The translations under genes and the position numbers were made by a program. A model generated the notes under the pieces. It did not search any database. It was not told the DNA's origin and saw only the letters and a program-made list of their open reading frames with translations. This document shows positions 62,903-64,000 of a DNA stretch of 64,000 nucleotides, piece after piece. Origin of the DNA: Bacteroidota bacterium (lineage in GTDB: Bacteria > Bacteroidota > Bacteroidia > AKYH767-A > 2013-40CM-41-45); contig PLYJ01000069.1 in assembly GCA_003151745.1 (NCBI GenBank), positions 13,270-77,269 of the forward strand. The letters are read 5' to 3'. Position 1 is the stretch's first letter. Each line of letters opens with the position of its first letter.

Positions 62903-64000
62903 TTACTCTTTCACAAACCTTCCGATCCATTTTTCTTCCTGCGTTTGCACCTGTAAGAGATATATCCCCACCGCAAGGGCGGAAATATCAATAGTTGTTT
63001 TCCCGTTCGTATTTCCTGCTTCGAATGGTTGAGCATATATCTTCTCTCCGAGCATATTATAGATCTCGGTTTTTTCAATCCTTAATCCTTCGTTCATAAT
63101 CATTAATTCCTTTCCGGCAGGATTTGGGAAAAGAGAAATGGAATGGTCGGAAGAAAGAGTCTTCAACCCCACACTGAGAACGATATTAATACCGACAGAA
63201 ATCGAACACCCGTTTTCGTCTTGCACAGCAATGTTATAGTTGCCGCTTTGTGTTGCAACATAAGTTGAAGTTGTTGCTCCTGCAATAGTGCTGGTGTTAA
63301 AATACCATTGATAAGAAGTGTACTGCGGGCTGGTGGAGCAAGTCAGCGTATCCCCTGATTGAGTTATAGTCGGCGAGGGCAGAGGAGGGAATGTATTAAT
63401 GGTAACTGTAGCAGTTGAGCTGCAGTTTCCTGATGAAACAGTAACCGTGTATGTTGTTGTAACAATCGGTATGGCAATTGGATTTGCAATCGTGCTGTCG
63501 CTAAGATCTGTGGAAGGGCTCCAGGCATAATTGATGCCCCCGCTTGCATTTAACTGAATAATGCTGCCTGAACAAACGAGGGTGTCTGTCAGAGTTACTT
63601 TTGCTGAAAGCGGAGTGACAATAACGGTGATAGTATCCGTTCCCTGGCAACCTGTAGGGCTCGTAGCCGTAACTATATATGTAGTGGTGCCGACAGGATT
63701 AGCCGTTGGGTTTGAACAATTGCTGCATGTTAAATTTGTTGACGGAGACCATGAATATGTGCTGCCTCCGGACACTCCTGTTACTGTTATCAAAGTTGAA
63801 CCGTTATGGCAAATGTTAACATCGGGACCTGCATTTAATGCAAAGGCTGAGGTAATCGTAACTGTTGAAGTTGCGGTATTGCTGCATCCCTTTCCATCGG
63901 TTCCTATAACTGTATAGGTTGTAAGAATCAGCGGATTAGCGGTTACTGTGTCTCCGCCGGTGGAATATAATCCTGCGGAAGGACTCCATGAATAAGTTGT
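62903..64000 (-). CDS. T9SS-secreted protein with tandem Ig-like repeats (partial; the N-terminus lies beyond the window end)
   Basis: C-terminal T9SS type-A sorting domain (SLFPNPAGKELMI...GIYLLQVQT). Repeated Y.WSPS..L....ANP....TTTY.VT modules. Hand translation shows the frame stays open from 63793 to 64000. Confidence 0.8.
   Translation of the reverse strand, partial: TTYSWSPSAGLYSTGGDTVTANPLILTTYTVIGTDGKGCSNTATSTVTITSAFALNAGPDVNICHNGSTLITVTGVSGGSTYSWSPSTNLTCSNCSNPTANPVGTTTYIVTATSPTGCQGTDTITVIVTPLSAKVTLTDTLVCSGSIIQLNASGGINYAWSPSTDLSDSTIANPIAIPIVTTTYTVTVSSGNCSSTATVTINTFPPLPSPTITQSGDTLTCSTSPQYTSYQWYFNTSTIAGATTSTYVATQSGNYNIAVQDENGCSISVGINIVLSVGLKTLSSDHSISLFPNPAGKELMIMNEGLRIEKTEIYNMLGEKIYAQPFEAGNTNGKTTIDISALAVGIYLLQVQTQEEKWIGRFVKE

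Overview
This is a 64-kb chromosomal segment of a Bacteroidota genome, probably Chitinophagia/Sphingobacteriia-like. The evidence is TAnnTTTG-type -7 boxes, a T9SS C-terminal sorting domain, a dcw cluster without murF, and secG-lptE-sigma54 activator-miaB synteny.

Core genes:
- uvrC, gpsA, an M28 peptidase, engB, and a complete dcw cluster (mraZ-rsmH-ftsL-ftsI-murE-mraY-murD-ftsW-murG-[insertion]-murC-ftsQ-ftsA-ftsZ).
- yqeY, groES/groEL, secG, lptE, a sigma54 activator, miaB and an M16 peptidase.
- A nucleotide-sugar precursor cluster: cpsB-like phosphatase, WbpP/TviC-like epimerase, rfbB, galE, TviB/WbpA-like dehydrogenase, WbpB/WbpD/WbpE-like trio, UDP-xylose synthase and ugd.
- A BNR propeller protein, a deoxyhypusine-synthase-like protein and a partial T9SS-secreted repeat protein.

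No rRNA, tRNA, CRISPR array, transposase or integrase was recognised.

The unusual content is mostly non-genic or micro-scale:
1. Four sequence-unrelated tandem arrays are all locked to a strict 21-bp (or 42-bp) period. Each lies in an oversized intergenic gap.
2. A GC-rich bipartite palindromic element (C6-AAA/TTT-G6 type) is inserted in frame inside conserved genes (a WbpE-like aminotransferase, the miaB 5' end, a 445-aa protein) as well as intergenically.
3. Almost every gene junction carries a long hairpin whose arms are degenerate heptamer repeats, including junctions inside the dcw and groESL operons. Some are clear paralogous copies.
4. The murG-murC junction is interrupted by a single-HKD PLD-family nuclease-like gene plus a lipoprotein gene, bracketed by half/full/half copies of a TGTAAC-prefixed hairpin element.
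5. There are two DUF433/DUF5615 toxin-antitoxin cassettes with a shared leader. One is flanked by ~95-bp direct repeats that duplicate the M16 peptidase upstream region.
6. Two copies of a LigA 5' fragment carry the same premature TAG and bracket a small cassette at the left edge.

All functional calls come from reading the ORF translations and motifs by eye. No database search was run.
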